From: the human T2T-CHM13v2.0 reference genome, Homo sapiens
Reading direction: 5' to 3' (one strand)
Assembly (NCBI RefSeq): GCF_009914755.1
Contig: NC_060945.1
Length of the DNA: 64,000 bases
Each line of letters starts with the position of its first letter. The stretch's first letter is position 1. Made by a program: the position numbers and the translations under genes. Below are positions 1 through 15,170 of the stretch, piece after piece. A model generated the notes under the pieces. It saw only the letters and a list, made by a program, of their open reading frames with translations. It was not told the DNA's origin and searched no databases.

Positions 1-2382
1 AACTGTGTTCAGTGTTTGGTTGAGCTGTGGTTCTCTTTCAGGCTACCGTGGGACACATCTCTCTTACTTACCTGCTAGCCCTGTTTTGCATTCAAGTGGC
101 AGATGGTTCCTGTTTTCCATCCTTTGGGCTTCTCTAGTCCATATGCATTTGATGAATATGAAAACTGGGATCATCCAGAACTCATTTGATGACTAAGCCT
201 TCCCTCCTGCTAATCTCACAAGATAATTCAGGATTTCTTGCCACCATTCTGACCACTCAAGGTTCTGATCTGTTTCTTCTTTTGTGGGTAAATAAAAAGA
301 GAAAGAACACACCAGTGTCTGGGGAAAGCCCCTCAATGGTTGGTTTCACCCCATTGCCACTTCCACCATTCAAATTCAGTGTACCTTCCTTATTTGCGAG
401 TACTGCAGAGACTGACTTATTACATATAACACATCACGCACCTTTTGGGTGTCTACCCTGGTACCGCCTTTCTTTTCAAGAGACCATTCTTCAACAGAAC
501 TGTAAGGTTTCTTCTTGGCTGAATCAGATGTGACGCATCCCACTTCTGCGTTTGAGGCGAGTTCTATTCCTTCAGCTGCATCCCTGCTACCATGCTTGCT
601 TTGCAGATTAAATTCTTAGATTGATATTAACTTGTTTCCTTTTATCTGCTTTTTACATGCTTTATTATGGTTGATATGCTTTATGATTGAAAGATATGAA
701 TATTTTCTTTCAATGTCAATTATGTATAATTAATTTGTCTAATGCTTTCGTGTAACTTTAGAGCTGGCCTAAGTTATACTTTCAACCATTGTATTTGATG
801 GGAGCCAAGAGACTGTCCTTTTGCCTTCTCAATTTTTGACAAAGGTTTCTTTTCTGAGCTGCAGCTCTCTGCCCTGTGATGTGTCTGTATTTGCTTGTGC
901 TTCTGATCTCTCTTAGTTATAATAAGGTTCTGGTTGGGTTTGTCCGCCTCTGATTCACGTCCTCAGTCTTTGGATATTCAGGTCTAATGCTTCCTGAAAC
1001 ATGTTACAGTAATTGGAGATTTGGCGTGGGGTTCTTTGACAAGATCTCTTTGATTTATGGAATGAGATGTCAGGCTACCATTAGTCATTTGTGAGCTCGT
1101 CTTTATCAGAATCCATCTTTTCATGGTGGTGAATGTTCCAATGAGTTACTATAGAGCAAAAAAAGAAAAAAAGAAAAGAAAAGATCATGTATTTTTTAAA
1201 TGTACATCTTTTTTAGCCAATAAAATCTCACCTCCAGCTAGTTGGCTTGAAGAGAGATCCAGTATACTCATCCCTTGACCCTCCACGAATCTATTCAGGA
1301 GATTAAGTATATTTCCATTAAAATGTCTCCTTACTTCTGTACTATATCCGGGTTGAAGCTCACAGAGCAAGAGACCAATTTATTTTCCTCAACTAATGTT
1401 TGTAAGGGACTTCTTTAAGGAGGCTAAACTGGATACAGATCAAATGGCTTTCCATTCAATGAGGACAGATATTTTTACCTGATTATTGAGATCATTTCTC
1501 AAGCATGTCCATCATTTGCCTAGTAGAAGGGGACTTGCTGTTTTGGAGCCTGTGAGCATTTAACGTTATTGAGGATGTTGATGAACCGCCAGGCTGGGCA
1601 GGCTGAGCTGACCCTGAACCTCAGGGGGTCTCATGCATTCAGGTCTGGTGACTTCGAGAATCACAGAAGATTAAGAGGGGCATCCGGTCACCTGGGCCAG
1701 GACAGTAAGCCCACGGGTAGATTTCAGACCCTGAGAGCCCCAGGGAAGTCCTGAGCAGAATTCTTTAGGAGACTCAGCATTCCCTGGGTCGAATGGCTTA
1801 GGAGAACCAGAGCTGACCCAAGGATTGAACTCTAGAATTCTGCACATCCACCTTCTCTTTTCGTGTTCTCTGCAACCAACAGCAGGTTTCTTTTGAAATA
1901 ATAAAACGTTCTGTAGCTCTTTTCCCCTCAGTTCAATTGATTTCACTTTTTAATCCTGCATTCCCTGAGCACTCTTATCAGAGGCAGAACATCTTCTGAA
2001 TTTGGTTCAAAGTGTTTTTATTACTGTGAGCAGGCTTTTTCCTGGCCACCCACATCCCTGATTGATTGCTGTTTCTGAGCACCCAGAATGGACATTGCCA
2101 AGGAGAAGCCCATCCAGGTTTCTTGCTCCATGTATTTAATTATTGTGCAGAGCAATTGAGAGCCAAAGCATTTTAGTCGCAAGAGGTGGGACGTTAGAAA
2201 ATGAAGATGAAGGCATGTTTTTCATTTAAAGTGCTGGAAACTCTACGCTAATAATAACCCCTAGAGTCACTTATGAATGATTCTTCTCTGGGGTTTTACT
2301 CAGAGGTTTAGTTCAAGGAACCCAGAGAATATGAATATGAACTGAGAATTACCTTTTTTTTTTTTTTTTTAACATTATCTAG

Positions 2383-2567
2383 GACTGTGCTTTCTACAAG
2401 GCTAGCCACAAGTCACATGTGGCTATTTAAATTTAAATGAATGTTAAATAGAAGTTCGGTCTTTCAGTTGCACTATAATCGCATTTCAAGTGTTCATTAG
2501 TCACAAGCGGCCAGCGTATTGGGCAGGATATTTCTGTCGTCACAGGAGGTTCTGTTGGACAGCGCTG
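2383..2567 (-). mobile_element. MER3/MER33-like hAT-Charlie DNA element
   Basis: gccacatgtggct-type internal palindrome and ttggacagcgctg terminus. Confidence 0.7.
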
Positions 2568-2784
2568 GTGCAGGGCAGAGAGGAACTCTGCCGTTTAGAC
2601 ACCGGTTGCACAAGAGCTTGAAGCGTCACCACCTCGCCTTGACCTCCTTAGCTGAGACACCCCACACACACTTGCTCCTTTCATGGGGTGGTTGGACTTT
2701 AGAATGAGACAGCTTTAGATTCAGTAAGAGTAGCTCTATAGGAGCATTTTCCAGAAAACAAACAAACAAACAAAAACATCCTGA

Positions 2785-3475
<691 letters not shown>

Positions 3476-3544
3476 CAGACTTGAATTTTCTAATAATAAC
3501 TCATAGCCTGAAAAAAGGCAGCAAATGATTAATTATAATAATAG

Positions 3545-3770
3545 CAGCTATTTTGTGGCATATCTCCTGTGTTCCAAGCTTTTGTTCTACATGCTTTACA
3601 ATATTAACTCTTTTAATCTGCATAATTAACTTCACGAGGGATGGTATTATATTATCACCATTTTTTAGTTGAGGAAACCGAGGCATAGAGAAATAAATAA
3701 CTTGGCCCTGGGTCACACAGCTAATAAGGGATTGAACTCATATTTGAACCCAGGCAGTATAACTCCAGCT
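3545..3770 (-). mobile_element. MIR
   Basis: Core gaggaaaccgaggcatagag...ggtcacacagcta. Confidence 0.75.
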
Positions 3771-4007
3771 GCCTCTGCTGTCTCTGGAAATGACACCAAA
3801 ATATCCAGAGTGCTCCCTCTGTAAGGAGACCAGCAACCTGAGCAGGAAACTAGAGAAGACATGCTAAATAGATATGCAGGCTGGTTCAGGTTCTTACTAA
3901 CACTACAAATTCTACAGAGTTTTCTATAGCCTGGACAGAGTGAAACTAAACTTTTCAAAAGGAAGTCATAGCATTTTAGACTGTTTAGGAAAGATACAAT
4001 TACTCTA

Positions 4008-4313
<306 letters not shown>

Positions 4314-4326
4314 CTACCAGACCAGG

Positions 4327-4689
4327 TAGTATGGTTTGGCTGTGACCCCACTCAAATCTCATCTTGAATTGTAGCTCCCATAATTACCATGTATTGTGGG
4401 AGGGACCCAGTGGGAGATAATTGAATCAAGGGGGCGGTTTTTCCCCATACACTGTCTTCGTGGCAGTGAATAAGTTTTACGAGATCTGATGGTTTTATAA
4501 GGGGAAATCCCTTTCACTGGCTTTCATTTCTCTCTTCCCTTCCCCATGTAAGACATGCCTTTCACCTTCCACCATGATTGTGAGGCCTCCCCAGCCACGT
4601 AGAATTGTGAGCCCATTAAACTTCTTTCTCTTTATAAATTACCCAGTCTTAGGTATGCCTTTATCACAGTGTAAAAACAGACTAATACA
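4327..4689 (+). mobile_element. THE1B-like MaLR solo LTR
   Basis: atggtttggctgtg...gactaataca; 5-bp TSD CCAGG (4322-4326, 4690-4694). Confidence 0.88.
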
Positions 4690-4690
4690 C

Positions 4691-4920
4691 CAGGAGTTGG
4701 CAAACTCTAGCCCATGAGCCAAATCTGACCTGCTGCCTGTTTTAGTAAATAAAGTTCTATCAGAACACAGCCATGCAGCTATGCAAGTTTACTTACACAT
4801 TGTCTGTGGCTGCTTCCACATTACGTTTGAGAGCTGAGTAGTTATCACAGAGATCCCATGGCCTACAAACCTAAAACGTCTATTATTTGTTTCTTTATGG
4901 AAAGAAATTGCCAACCTCTG
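4691..4920 (+). mobile_element. MER58A hAT-Charlie element
   Basis: TIRs caggagttggcaa...ttgccaacctctg; internal gtaaataaagtt. Confidence 0.8.
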
Positions 4921-5877
4921 TTCTAGATCCTATTCTCCAAGCATTTCAAGATAATTAGTCTTTGTATATTTCTGAACTTGAGGAATGAACCCAAATTGTC
5001 AAAATGGACTGAATAATTCAGTATTTTTATTGCTATTCAACATAAGCGTGTTCATCTCCTCCCATGTGGCAGGCACATCTGAATTTATATTGGCACTAAC
5101 ACTTGGCATTCCGCCAATCTTCAAATACCCCATTTCAAAGACCTGACTGCATGTTACCTGGGTAATTTCTGGTGGATCCCTTAGTGCTCTAAGGACCCTC
5201 TGTGGTCACTTTTCTGTTTTTGTACCTGCCCATTGTCGGGAGATCTGCGCACAGAAAACATTCACTGAATGCCTCTCTTACTTTATGATCACGGTGGAGT
5301 GAACCAAGATAGTAGGCAAATATTAAAAGCCAACCATCTTTATATTCTGTACCCCATTATGAAGTTAGAATCAGCTGTTTCCCCCAAATCCGTTTGCCAG
5401 ACCTTCGTAAAATAACATATTTCTCCTGATTATAAAAATAATGCATGCAAACATGGAGGGACCTAACCACAAGAATAGGAGTCCTCCCACCTCCAATCCT
5501 GCCACCCCAGCTGGCCACTGTTAATATTTGAGTGTAATAAATAGTTTTGAAGGAGAGTCTGTCTCATTGACGTATTTTTCTTTTAACTTTTTCTCTGCAT
5601 CATTTAAAATTTCTTAGAAAAAGAAACATTTTTCCCTTGGCACATAATAGCGCATCATATGGATATGCTGTAATTTACTGAACTGTTTCCTTGTTACTGA
5701 GCATTTGGATGGTTTCCAGCTGTTTGCTGTTATACATAAAACATCACGACCATCCTGGCACATGAACCTCTGTCTGCTTCCTGGTGTCTCCTTAGGGTCA
5801 GATTCTCAGAAGTGCAGTTACTGAATTAAAGATAGTTAACATTTTTGATGCTTATGAGATATACCAAGAATGAGTTA

Positions 5878-6190
<313 letters not shown>

Positions 6191-7498
6191 GAATGAATGA
6201 ATGAATGAATGAACAAATGATCATGTCATCTCCAAACTTCTTTACTGACCTTAAGCAAGACTGCACTAGTTCATGTAATCCCACAACAAAGACTTATTAA
6301 CACGTGTTAATGTTCACAGACTGATTATTAAAACAGAGTGAAATCAAGCCTGCAGGTGAGCAGGATCGCTTTAGTATGATCTACTGGGTGATTTGATATT
6401 TAGCTTAGAATTGTGATTATTTTCTTAGGAGGAGCATGGTTTGAGTTCATAGACATTTGCCTAGAGATGTTTCTTAGGTTCCTTCCTATATTCCAGCAGT
6501 TTTCAAACTCAAATGGGCATAGGAATGACCTTATAGGGTGGGACTCCCCAGGGCCATGACACCTGCTGTCCTCTCTCCACAGTGCTCTACCCCTAGAGAG
6601 CCCCAGGTCTCACTGTCTTCATTCAGGTCTCATGCAAACATGGTTGGATCCAAGAGTTCTCTCCAACCACTGGGTCACTTGAGGTCCCCTTGCCTGCTTT
6701 GTTCCCTGGGTGGCTCTCGTCCCGTAACCACCATTCCCGCATTCATTATCTCTCCTCACTGCAGCATAAACTGAGGGGGCAGGACTTTCGTCTGATCTTG
6801 TGAATGTCGTTCTGCGTCAGTAGCTCTTACCTCCAGGGCCACGTGAGTGTCAGGCTCTCGGTCATGTCACAGTGATTCATGTTCTGGCATGCCATTAGCG
6901 TCACTGCCCATATTTTGGTGAGAGTATAATCACCTTTGGGGCATTGGGGGAGAACCTTGAGAAGGACCTGTGACATGAAGGACCTGGGCTTCAGCAGGTA
7001 GGGCTTGGTCATTATTTGTCACATGAGTTGTATGTGTGAACCTGAACTCCAGCTGCTGCGGGCACAGGCTGGTGGAGCCTCCCTCTGGGATGCCGGCACC
7101 TACCCGTGTCACACAGCAGCAGCACAGCAGCCCTGCAAAGCCGGAGGGCCAGGCAGGTGCCAGATTGGGTTGTGTCCTTCAAAGGGTCGTGTCCTACGGT
7201 GGCCAAACAAAGCACCTGACTTATAGGGTTTAACTTGGGTATAGTGAAAAATTAAACTCCAGCCACATGTTTACACCAGTGCGTCCCTTCCACATGACAT
7301 GGAAAACACTGTTACCAAAACATTAGCGATTATGTTTTTGGGGGAAGCTGTCACTTTGTTAACATTGATGCTGTTCATGATAAAGAATGGCTTACAGGCT
7401 TACAGTAGACTTTCTGTGTTTAGGATAGCTGCCTTGGACACGGCAACCTTATCTTCATGGTTCGGGAACATGGATACATAAGAGAATGCAAGGGGCTT

Positions 7499-8062
<564 letters not shown>

Positions 8063-8836
8063 GTAAGGCTAATCCATGGATTTAAGGAAATCAAATAACA
8101 GGATGAGATTCTGAAAATCAGTCATTAAAGGGCTGACACATGAGTCTTGGGCTGTTCTTGGAGACAGTGAGAACCACGTGGTGGAAACAGACCAGCATTC
8201 ACACAATTATATTTCCAAGCATTTTTTAAATTGAAGGTAAACAGCATGATTCTTGGAACCTTCCTGTAAGACAGGCAATAGCATTAACTTTTTGTTTTAT
8301 TTTCGTTTTATAGTTTAAAATGTTAACAGAATTTGAATCATGTAGATTGTGGTGTGTGTTTAGGAGTTTTTACTAAGGTGGGATTAAAAGAAAACACATT
8401 TATTAAATTCATACGTTTGCGTGAAGATGGAGCCTGCAGACGGCCCTGGAATGCAGGCAGGGGGTGGTGCCCTCCGCCAGGCTGGGACGTGGCCTGTTTT
8501 CCTGGCTCTGCAGGGGACACCTCCGAGGAGACACCCAGCATGGGAATATGGGCAGCCTGAAGGCATGCCCTGGGGAGAGCCAGCCCTTCCCAGTGGTGGT
8601 GAGCCCCAGAGGAATTGTGGAACCCTGCTCTTGCCATCACCAGAGCCTCCCCACATGGGGAAAGACAGAATTGGATGTTCACCAAATATTTGTACTTGGG
8701 GCCTACCCAAAGGAAATATGTCTGTATGCAGGAGGAGGGAGGCAGGCAGGGGAATTTCCACCTGGAGGCATTGCCAAAGGCAGGCGGGAGTAGACGCTAG
8801 GGGTGTGTGCAGGGCTCCTGGAGTCCACATGGGTTT

Positions 8837-9311
8837 GTATGTTTATTGCGGCATTATTCACAATAGCAAAGACTTGGAACCAACCCAAATGTCCAACAAT
8901 GATAGACTGGATTAAGAAAATGTGGCACCTATACACCATGGAATACTATGCAGCCATAAAAAATGATGAGTTCATGTCCTTTGTAGGGACATGGATGAAA
9001 TTGGAAATCATCATTCTCAGTAAACTATCACAAGAACAACAAACCAAACACCGCATATTCTCACTCATAGGTGGGAATTGAACAATGAGATCACATGGAC
9101 ACAGGAAGGGGAATATCACACTCTGGGGACTGTGGTGGGGTGGGGGGAGGGGGGAGGGATAGCATGGGGAGATATACCTAATGCTAGATGACGAGTTAGT
9201 GGGCGCAGCGCACCAGCATGGCACATGTATACATATGTAACTAACCTGCACAATGTGCACATGTACCCTAAAACTTAAAGTATAATTAAAAAAAAAAAAA
9301 AAAAAAAAAAA
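8837..9311 (+). mobile_element. 5'-truncated young L1 (L1PA2-like): ORF2 C-terminus, 3' UTR, A24 tail
   Basis: Encodes MFIAALFTIAKTWNQPKCP...SLIGGN; GAG rather than ACA/ACG in gatgacGAGttag, so not Ta/pre-Ta. Confidence 0.95.
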
Positions 9312-9700
9312 GAACTGCAGAAGGAGACCAGCTCTCCTGGCCCTGTACCTGGGTACCACGCCCTGGCCTCACCTTGCTCAGCGTTAGGCTTGGAACCAGA
9401 GCTATGTGTGGAAGGGAACAGAAGTGATTGCTGGAGCAATAGGCCCCCACTGTCCCATGAGGATAATCTTCCCATCGTGGAAGAACATTTGTTCCAGCTC
9501 AAGTTTATGAGCAGATGGGGGTGGGGTGGGGAGGGCAAGAGGAAGTTTACAGCCCTTGGCCCCTCCAAGGAGACAGAATCACAATTACTGAGAGCCTATT
9601 AGGCCCTAGGCTGAGAAGATACAAGATAAGATGTGGGTCACTCAGTGCTCAGGACTCCCCTGTGAGGCATACTTTGTAAGGTCATATTCTCCCCATTTTC

Positions 9701-10008
9701 TTTTTCTTTTTACTTTTTTATTTTTTTGAGAGAGAGTCTCACTCTATTTCCCAGGCTGGAGTGCAGCAGTGTAATCTCAGCTCACTGCAACCTCTAGCTC
9801 CCGGGTTCAAGTGATTCTCGCACCTCAGCCTCCCAAGTAGCTGGGACCACAGGCACATGCCACAACGCCTGGCTAAGTTTTGTAGTTTTGGTAGAGATGA
9901 GGTTTCACTATGTTGGCCAGGCTGGTCTCAAACTCCTGAGCTCAAGTGATCCATTCACATCAGCCTCTCAAAGTGTTGGGATTGTGGCATGAGCCACCGT
10001 GCCTGGCC
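9701..10008 (-). mobile_element. Alu (old J/S) inserted in a MIR-like core
   Basis: TSD TATTCTCCCCATTTTC at 9685-9700 and 10010-10025. Confidence 0.92.
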
Positions 10009-12150
10009 TTATTCTCCCCATTTTCAAGATGTGGGGATTGAGGATCAGTGAGCTGTTGCCCCTTTGAAATCAGGCATGGAGCTTCTCACTGTCTGCAGAG
10101 CCAGGGCTGGCTCATGAACCTTTTGTCCTCTGTATCATAGATAATTGCAGACGCATGAAAACTTCCGTTCCTAAATACATTTTCAAAATGCTTTATCTGT
10201 ATGTGACTGGAAATGAAAGATGTATATGACTGGTTTTATGCAAATTGTTCCGAAGATGATAGAGTAAACCTAAATTGCCTGGAATTAATAATATGTAAAG
10301 ATTCTGTGAGAACAGACCCCTTCGGGGTTTGCTCAGACCTCCTGACTCTCCGTGCGACATTTTATCTTTTCATTTATGAAATTCCAAGATTACTGACAAT
10401 TGGCTTCCCATTTCCAGGGTTTGAGGAGACAGCAGTAGGACTCATAGGAAGCAGAATGTGGCTGGGAACAGGGCCTGCAGGGTGAGCTGGGCAGACTGCC
10501 CACAGGGGTCTCTGAGACAGGTGGGCTGAGCGCTCTGCAGTGGTCAGGTTGTGTGGTGGCCCCTGGTCCATTCCAGGGGCTTCCTGTCAAGGCTGTGTCA
10601 GGAACACCTACTGGGCTTCTAACACTATAGCTGCCTGGGCCCCACTGCTGCTGAATCAGGTTCTCTCAGGGTTGGTTGTGGGCACCTGGATGCTTTTAAT
10701 CCCTAGAGGGATCCCGAGGCACAGCCCTAGTGAAGGACTTGACAGAATGATTGCAGCTCCTTCGCTGTGTGCGTGTGCCAGGTACTGCTCCAAGTGCTTT
10801 ACAGGTATTGGCCCATTTAAGCCCCAGAGCGGCTCCAGGCAGCTGCCCTTATCCCTGTTTCACAGGGAAGGAAGCAAAGGAACAAGTCACTCGGCTGGCA
10901 AGTGGCAGAGCCTGTCTCCCATCGTGTTTGCTTTGCTTTACCGCCTCTCAAGAAGGTGGGTAGAACACCAGCTGGGGGCACCCCCAGGCCCACCCTATAA
11001 TCCCAAGAGGTGATTTTGTCTCACTGGTTGACCCAAACGCCCACAAGTGTTCTGACAGAGATTGCATATGGAAATCGTGCTAGATTCTGCCTCGGAATTC
11101 TGCAGAAGCTGAGATGAAACAAGTAGGAGGTCAAACACAAATGGACTACACCAATGGGAAGATCTGTATCTATTCCATGGTGGAGTTCCCCTCTCACTCC
11201 CTCTGGAATCACAGTTTTAGTTCTCACGGATAGTAAATAATCATTCCTGTGAATGACCATGGGCACCCAGGGGATGCCTATAGCGTCTGTGCTACTATAG
11301 TTAATTACATTTTCATCAAAAACTAACAACTCATGGTCACCAACTCCAGTGTCTCCCAGTTGTCAAAGCCAAAATCTAAACTCAGGTCTATCACTGACTT
11401 CCTACATGACCACCGGCACCCCTGGCACACCGGCACCTCACAGCTGTTTACGGACCTTCCCGCTTCCCTTTGAGTCTCTCTGGAGAAATGAGGGCATCCT
11501 CTGTATGTCTTGCTGGATGTGAGGGAGACACAGAGCACACGAGGGCTTCTGAAATCTGGCCTTGGGGGAATAAGAAGCCTTTTATGCTTCTGGAGTATAG
11601 ATTTGTGCCTTTCCTGCTTCTTTCCTGCCAGAGTTCATCTGGCAGAGCTAAGCCTCACCCCAGGCTCTGGGGTCCGGGGGATACTGTCCTCCCAGGTCAG
11701 CCACCTCTCATTTGCATGGTGGACAGCTGCGGCTGACAGGCAAACAAAAATGTCTGCGGCCATGGCAGCTCCTAGAGAAACTCTTCTCTCCTTACTCTCA
11801 AATGCCTAAGATTAGGATCCACCACCTGCCACGGTAACCTACTTCCACGGCTTCTCACACCCCCTCACAAGGCAGTCATGATGATAGATGTGACTGCGTC
11901 GAATGGCTTCCAGAAATATGATCTTATTTGTACAACAGAGCCGTGCCCAAAGGAAGAATGCCAACCAGTGGGAAGCTCTGCTGGGGCTTTCTGAATTCCT
12001 AGACCCAATCACAAGCTGGTGTACTGTTGAACCATGAAAAAATTGAGTATAAACACCAGGAATGTCTGTGGCGCGTGGCGTCTACACTGGGTGACCCATG
12101 TCTACACTGTGAGTCCTAAGCGGGTGCCCCTCTCTGTCGCCCTCCCGCAG

Positions 12151-12279
12151 CCATCAAGTTCTCTGGAGACCTTCTTCGACTCCCTGGTGACACAAGCAAA
12201 CATCCCCAACGTTTTCTCCATGCAGATGTGTGGAGCCGGCTTGCCCGTTGCTGGATCTGGGACCAACGGAGGTAGTCTT
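12151..12279 (+). CDS. BACE2: BACE2 coding exon 4 (129 nt), PSSSLETFFDSLVTQ...GTNGGSL
   Basis: ccgcag acceptor, gtgggt donor, phase 0/0, in frame with exons 3 and 5. Confidence 0.98.
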
Positions 12280-13230
12280 GTGGGTATCTTTTAGTCTTAA
12301 AGGGGCGAAAAATCACAGATGGATGGGCTGTTTTTTTCTGTTTTATTAAACACCTGAGCAGAAATATTAGGCATGTAGGTGTGCGTAGGTACTGTAAAAC
12401 TTTCATCCTCCTTGTAGTAGATCTTTTTAGAAATGGCTAAAATTAGGCAATCCTTTATGTCATCCTGCCATCTGGAAGGATGATTCTCATCGCTTCTCCG
12501 AATTCCATTAAAACTTTTCTTTACCGCCCTTGGAAGGGCACTGCTTTCTGTGGGTGGGGGAGGGACAAGTGAGGAGCGGTGGGGGGCGTGGTGAGTGGAC
12601 CTGACTGTGGGTAGGGGGCCAAAGGAGAGTTCATAAATTTGGCAGGGAAACAGGGGCCCTTGTAGATCCTTTCTCTCTCTCTCTCTCTCTCAACACACAC
12701 AGGCACACACGCACCACAGCACAAGTGTTTGCTGCTGAAACAGAATCAAGGCCGTCAGCACTACGGAGGTGCTGGAGCCTGAGCTTCCCTCCAGGGGCCG
12801 GCACCCAGACGTCAAAAGTAGTAGGGGACAGGAAGAATGCACTAGAAGGGGGTGCTGCCAGTCCCTTTGCTGTCTGACTATGAGAGGCAGGATCTGCACC
12901 CCGGTCCTCAGCTACTTTCATTTGCTACCATTTCCAGGCAGAGGACAGCATAGGATTTATGAGGAAATGTTTTATGATTTTGCACAATGAAGCTTTGATC
13001 AGGGAAGTGCTTGATCTTCTGTTCTCTGACCTCCAAGGAACTAAATAATTGTCAGTCAGTGTGGTTAACTGTTTTATTGCATTTCTTTGAAGGAAAAATC
13101 TCAATATTGTAAAGCTAAACTTGTATGTACTTTCTTTGGATAAGAGAAACCTCCAAAGCATCTTGATTAGATGAGGGCCTAATACCATCTGACCTTTGCA
13201 GACGTGGACCCATAAAATTCCTTGTTTTAT

Positions 13231-13544
13231 TTTATTTTATTTTATTTCATTTATTATTATTTTTTTTAGATGGAGTCTCGCTCTGTCGCCCAGGCTGGAG
13301 TGCAGTGACGCGATCTCAGCTCACTGCAGCCTCCGCCTCCCTGTTCAAGCGATTCTCCTGCCTCAGCCTCCTGAGAAGCTGGGACTACAGGTGCGCGCCA
13401 CCTTGCCCGGCTAATTTTTGTATTTTTAGTAGAGATGGGGTTTCACCATGCTAGCCAGGCCGTTCTCGAACTCCTGACTTCATGATCCGCCCACCTCAGC
13501 CTCCCAAAGTGCTGGGATTACAAGCGTGAGCCACCGCGCCTGGC
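13231..13544 (-). mobile_element. AluS (Sc/Sg-like)
   Basis: Full antisense dimer; tccttgttt on both flanks. Confidence 0.92.
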
Positions 13545-13709
13545 TCCTTGTTTATTTTTTAAGCATTGATATTTGTTTCATGACATTGTCACGAAGTAGA
13601 AGCCCTGATTGCAGTGAAGTTTCTCTTTACAAGTGCATGCTTCTCTGTGTAACCTGTTGATATGTCTGTGTATTTTTTCTCTTATACCTGTAAATATTTC
13701 CTGTCCCAG

Positions 13710-13844
13710 GTCTTGGGTGGAATTGAACCAAGTTTGTATAAAGGAGACATCTGGTATACCCCTATTAAGGAAGAGTGGTACTACCAGATAGAAATTCTGA
13801 AATTGGAAATTGGAGGCCAAAGCCTTAATCTGGACTGCAGAGAG
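13710..13844 (+). CDS. BACE2: BACE2 coding exon 5 (135 nt), VLGGIEPSLYKGDIWYTPI...LNLDCRE
   Basis: cccag acceptor, gtattt donor, phase 0/0. Confidence 0.98.
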
Positions 13845-14597
13845 GTATTTATGCTATGGTCTCTGTTGTGTCTTTCTGTGTATGTCTGGGTCCCTTAAAT
13901 ATGCCAGCTGGAACCCGTAGATGCCAATAGAAGGTACATTACCTCGTAAGATAAAGGCTCATTACATGAAAAGATGCAGGGCCTTGCTGTACAGTAAGTT
14001 GAAATCAATTAATTGTCCTCCCTCCCCACCCCAAATATTGCATCCTCCCAACCACTTATCTTCATAGGGCAAAATTACCATTAAATGGTGAGTGAAGAGG
14101 ACTATCTGAGCTACACCTTTCACCATTCATTCATCTTGGATTGATGGTCCCTAAGCTCAGTTTAAGAGGTTGAAATAAACAGATTTTTAATCAGTGTAGG
14201 ACAGAGAAGGACGAAAATTAAGCAAAATGAAACCGAAAAGATCATCAGCTTTTATCCTCCATTCACAGCTAGCCTGGCCCCCAGAGTACCCAATTCTCCC
14301 TAAAAAACGGTCATGCTGTATAGATGTGTGTGGCTTGGTAGTGCTAAAGTGGCCACATACAGAGCTCTGACACCAAACCTCAGGACCATGTTCATGCCTT
14401 CTCACTGAGTTTTGGCTTGTTCGTGACACATTATGACATTATGATTATGATGACTTGTGAGAGCCTCAGTCTTCTATAGCACTTTTAGAATGCTTTATAA
14501 AAACCATGGGGATGTCATTATATTCTAACCTGTTAGCACTTCTGTTCGTATTACCCATCACATCCCAACATCAATTCTCATATATGCAGGTACCTCT

Positions 14598-15006
14598 TGT
14601 CACGCGCGTCCATGTAAGGAGACCACAAAACAGGCTTTGTTTGAGCAACAAGGTTTTTATTTCACCTGGGTGCAGGTGGGCTGAGTCTGAAAAGAGAGTC
14701 AGTGAAGGGAGACAGGGGTGGGTCCACTTTATAAGATTTGGGTAGGTAGTGGAAAATTACAATCAAAGGGGGTTGTTCTCTGGCTGGCCAGGGTGGGGGT
14801 CACAAGGTGCTCAGTGGGAGAGCCTTTGAGCCAGGATGAGCCAGAAGGAATTTCACAAGGTAATGTCATCAGTTAAGGCAGGGACCGGCCATTTTCACTT
14901 CTTTTGTGATTCTTCACTTGCTTCAGGCCATCTGGACGTATAGGTGCAGGTCACAGTCACAGGGGATAAGATGGCAATGGCATAGCTTGGGCTCAGAGGC
15001 CTGACA
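14598..15006 (-). mobile_element. HERV-H LTR7-family solo LTR (409 bp)
   Basis: Minus strand starts TGTCAGGCCTCTGAGCCCAAGCTA; TG...CA termini; perfect TSD CCTCT (14593-14597, 15007-15011). Confidence 0.92.
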
Positions 15007-15139
15007 CCTCTGAGAAACTAAAGATTATAAAAATGATGGTCGCTTCTATTGCAAATCTGTGTTTATTGTCAAGAGGCACTTATTTGCCAATTAAGAACCC
15101 AGTGGTAGAATCAAATGTCCGAATGTAAAACAAAATACA

Positions 15140-15146
<7 letters not shown>

Positions 15147-15170
<24 letters not shown>

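Noticed and set aside
8333-8915. Stack of overlapping ORFs up to 164 aa
   Set aside because: GC-rich intronic DNA is stop-poor in several frames; no recognisable domain or exon structure
8803-9081. 92-aa ORF with strong protein similarity
   Set aside because: C-terminal fragment of L1 ORF2 in a 5'-truncated insertion, not a gene
12270-12285. Alternative upstream donor in exon 4 (GGAG|gtagtc region)
   Set aside because: Poor match at +3 to +6, and no evidence beyond the GT dinucleotide
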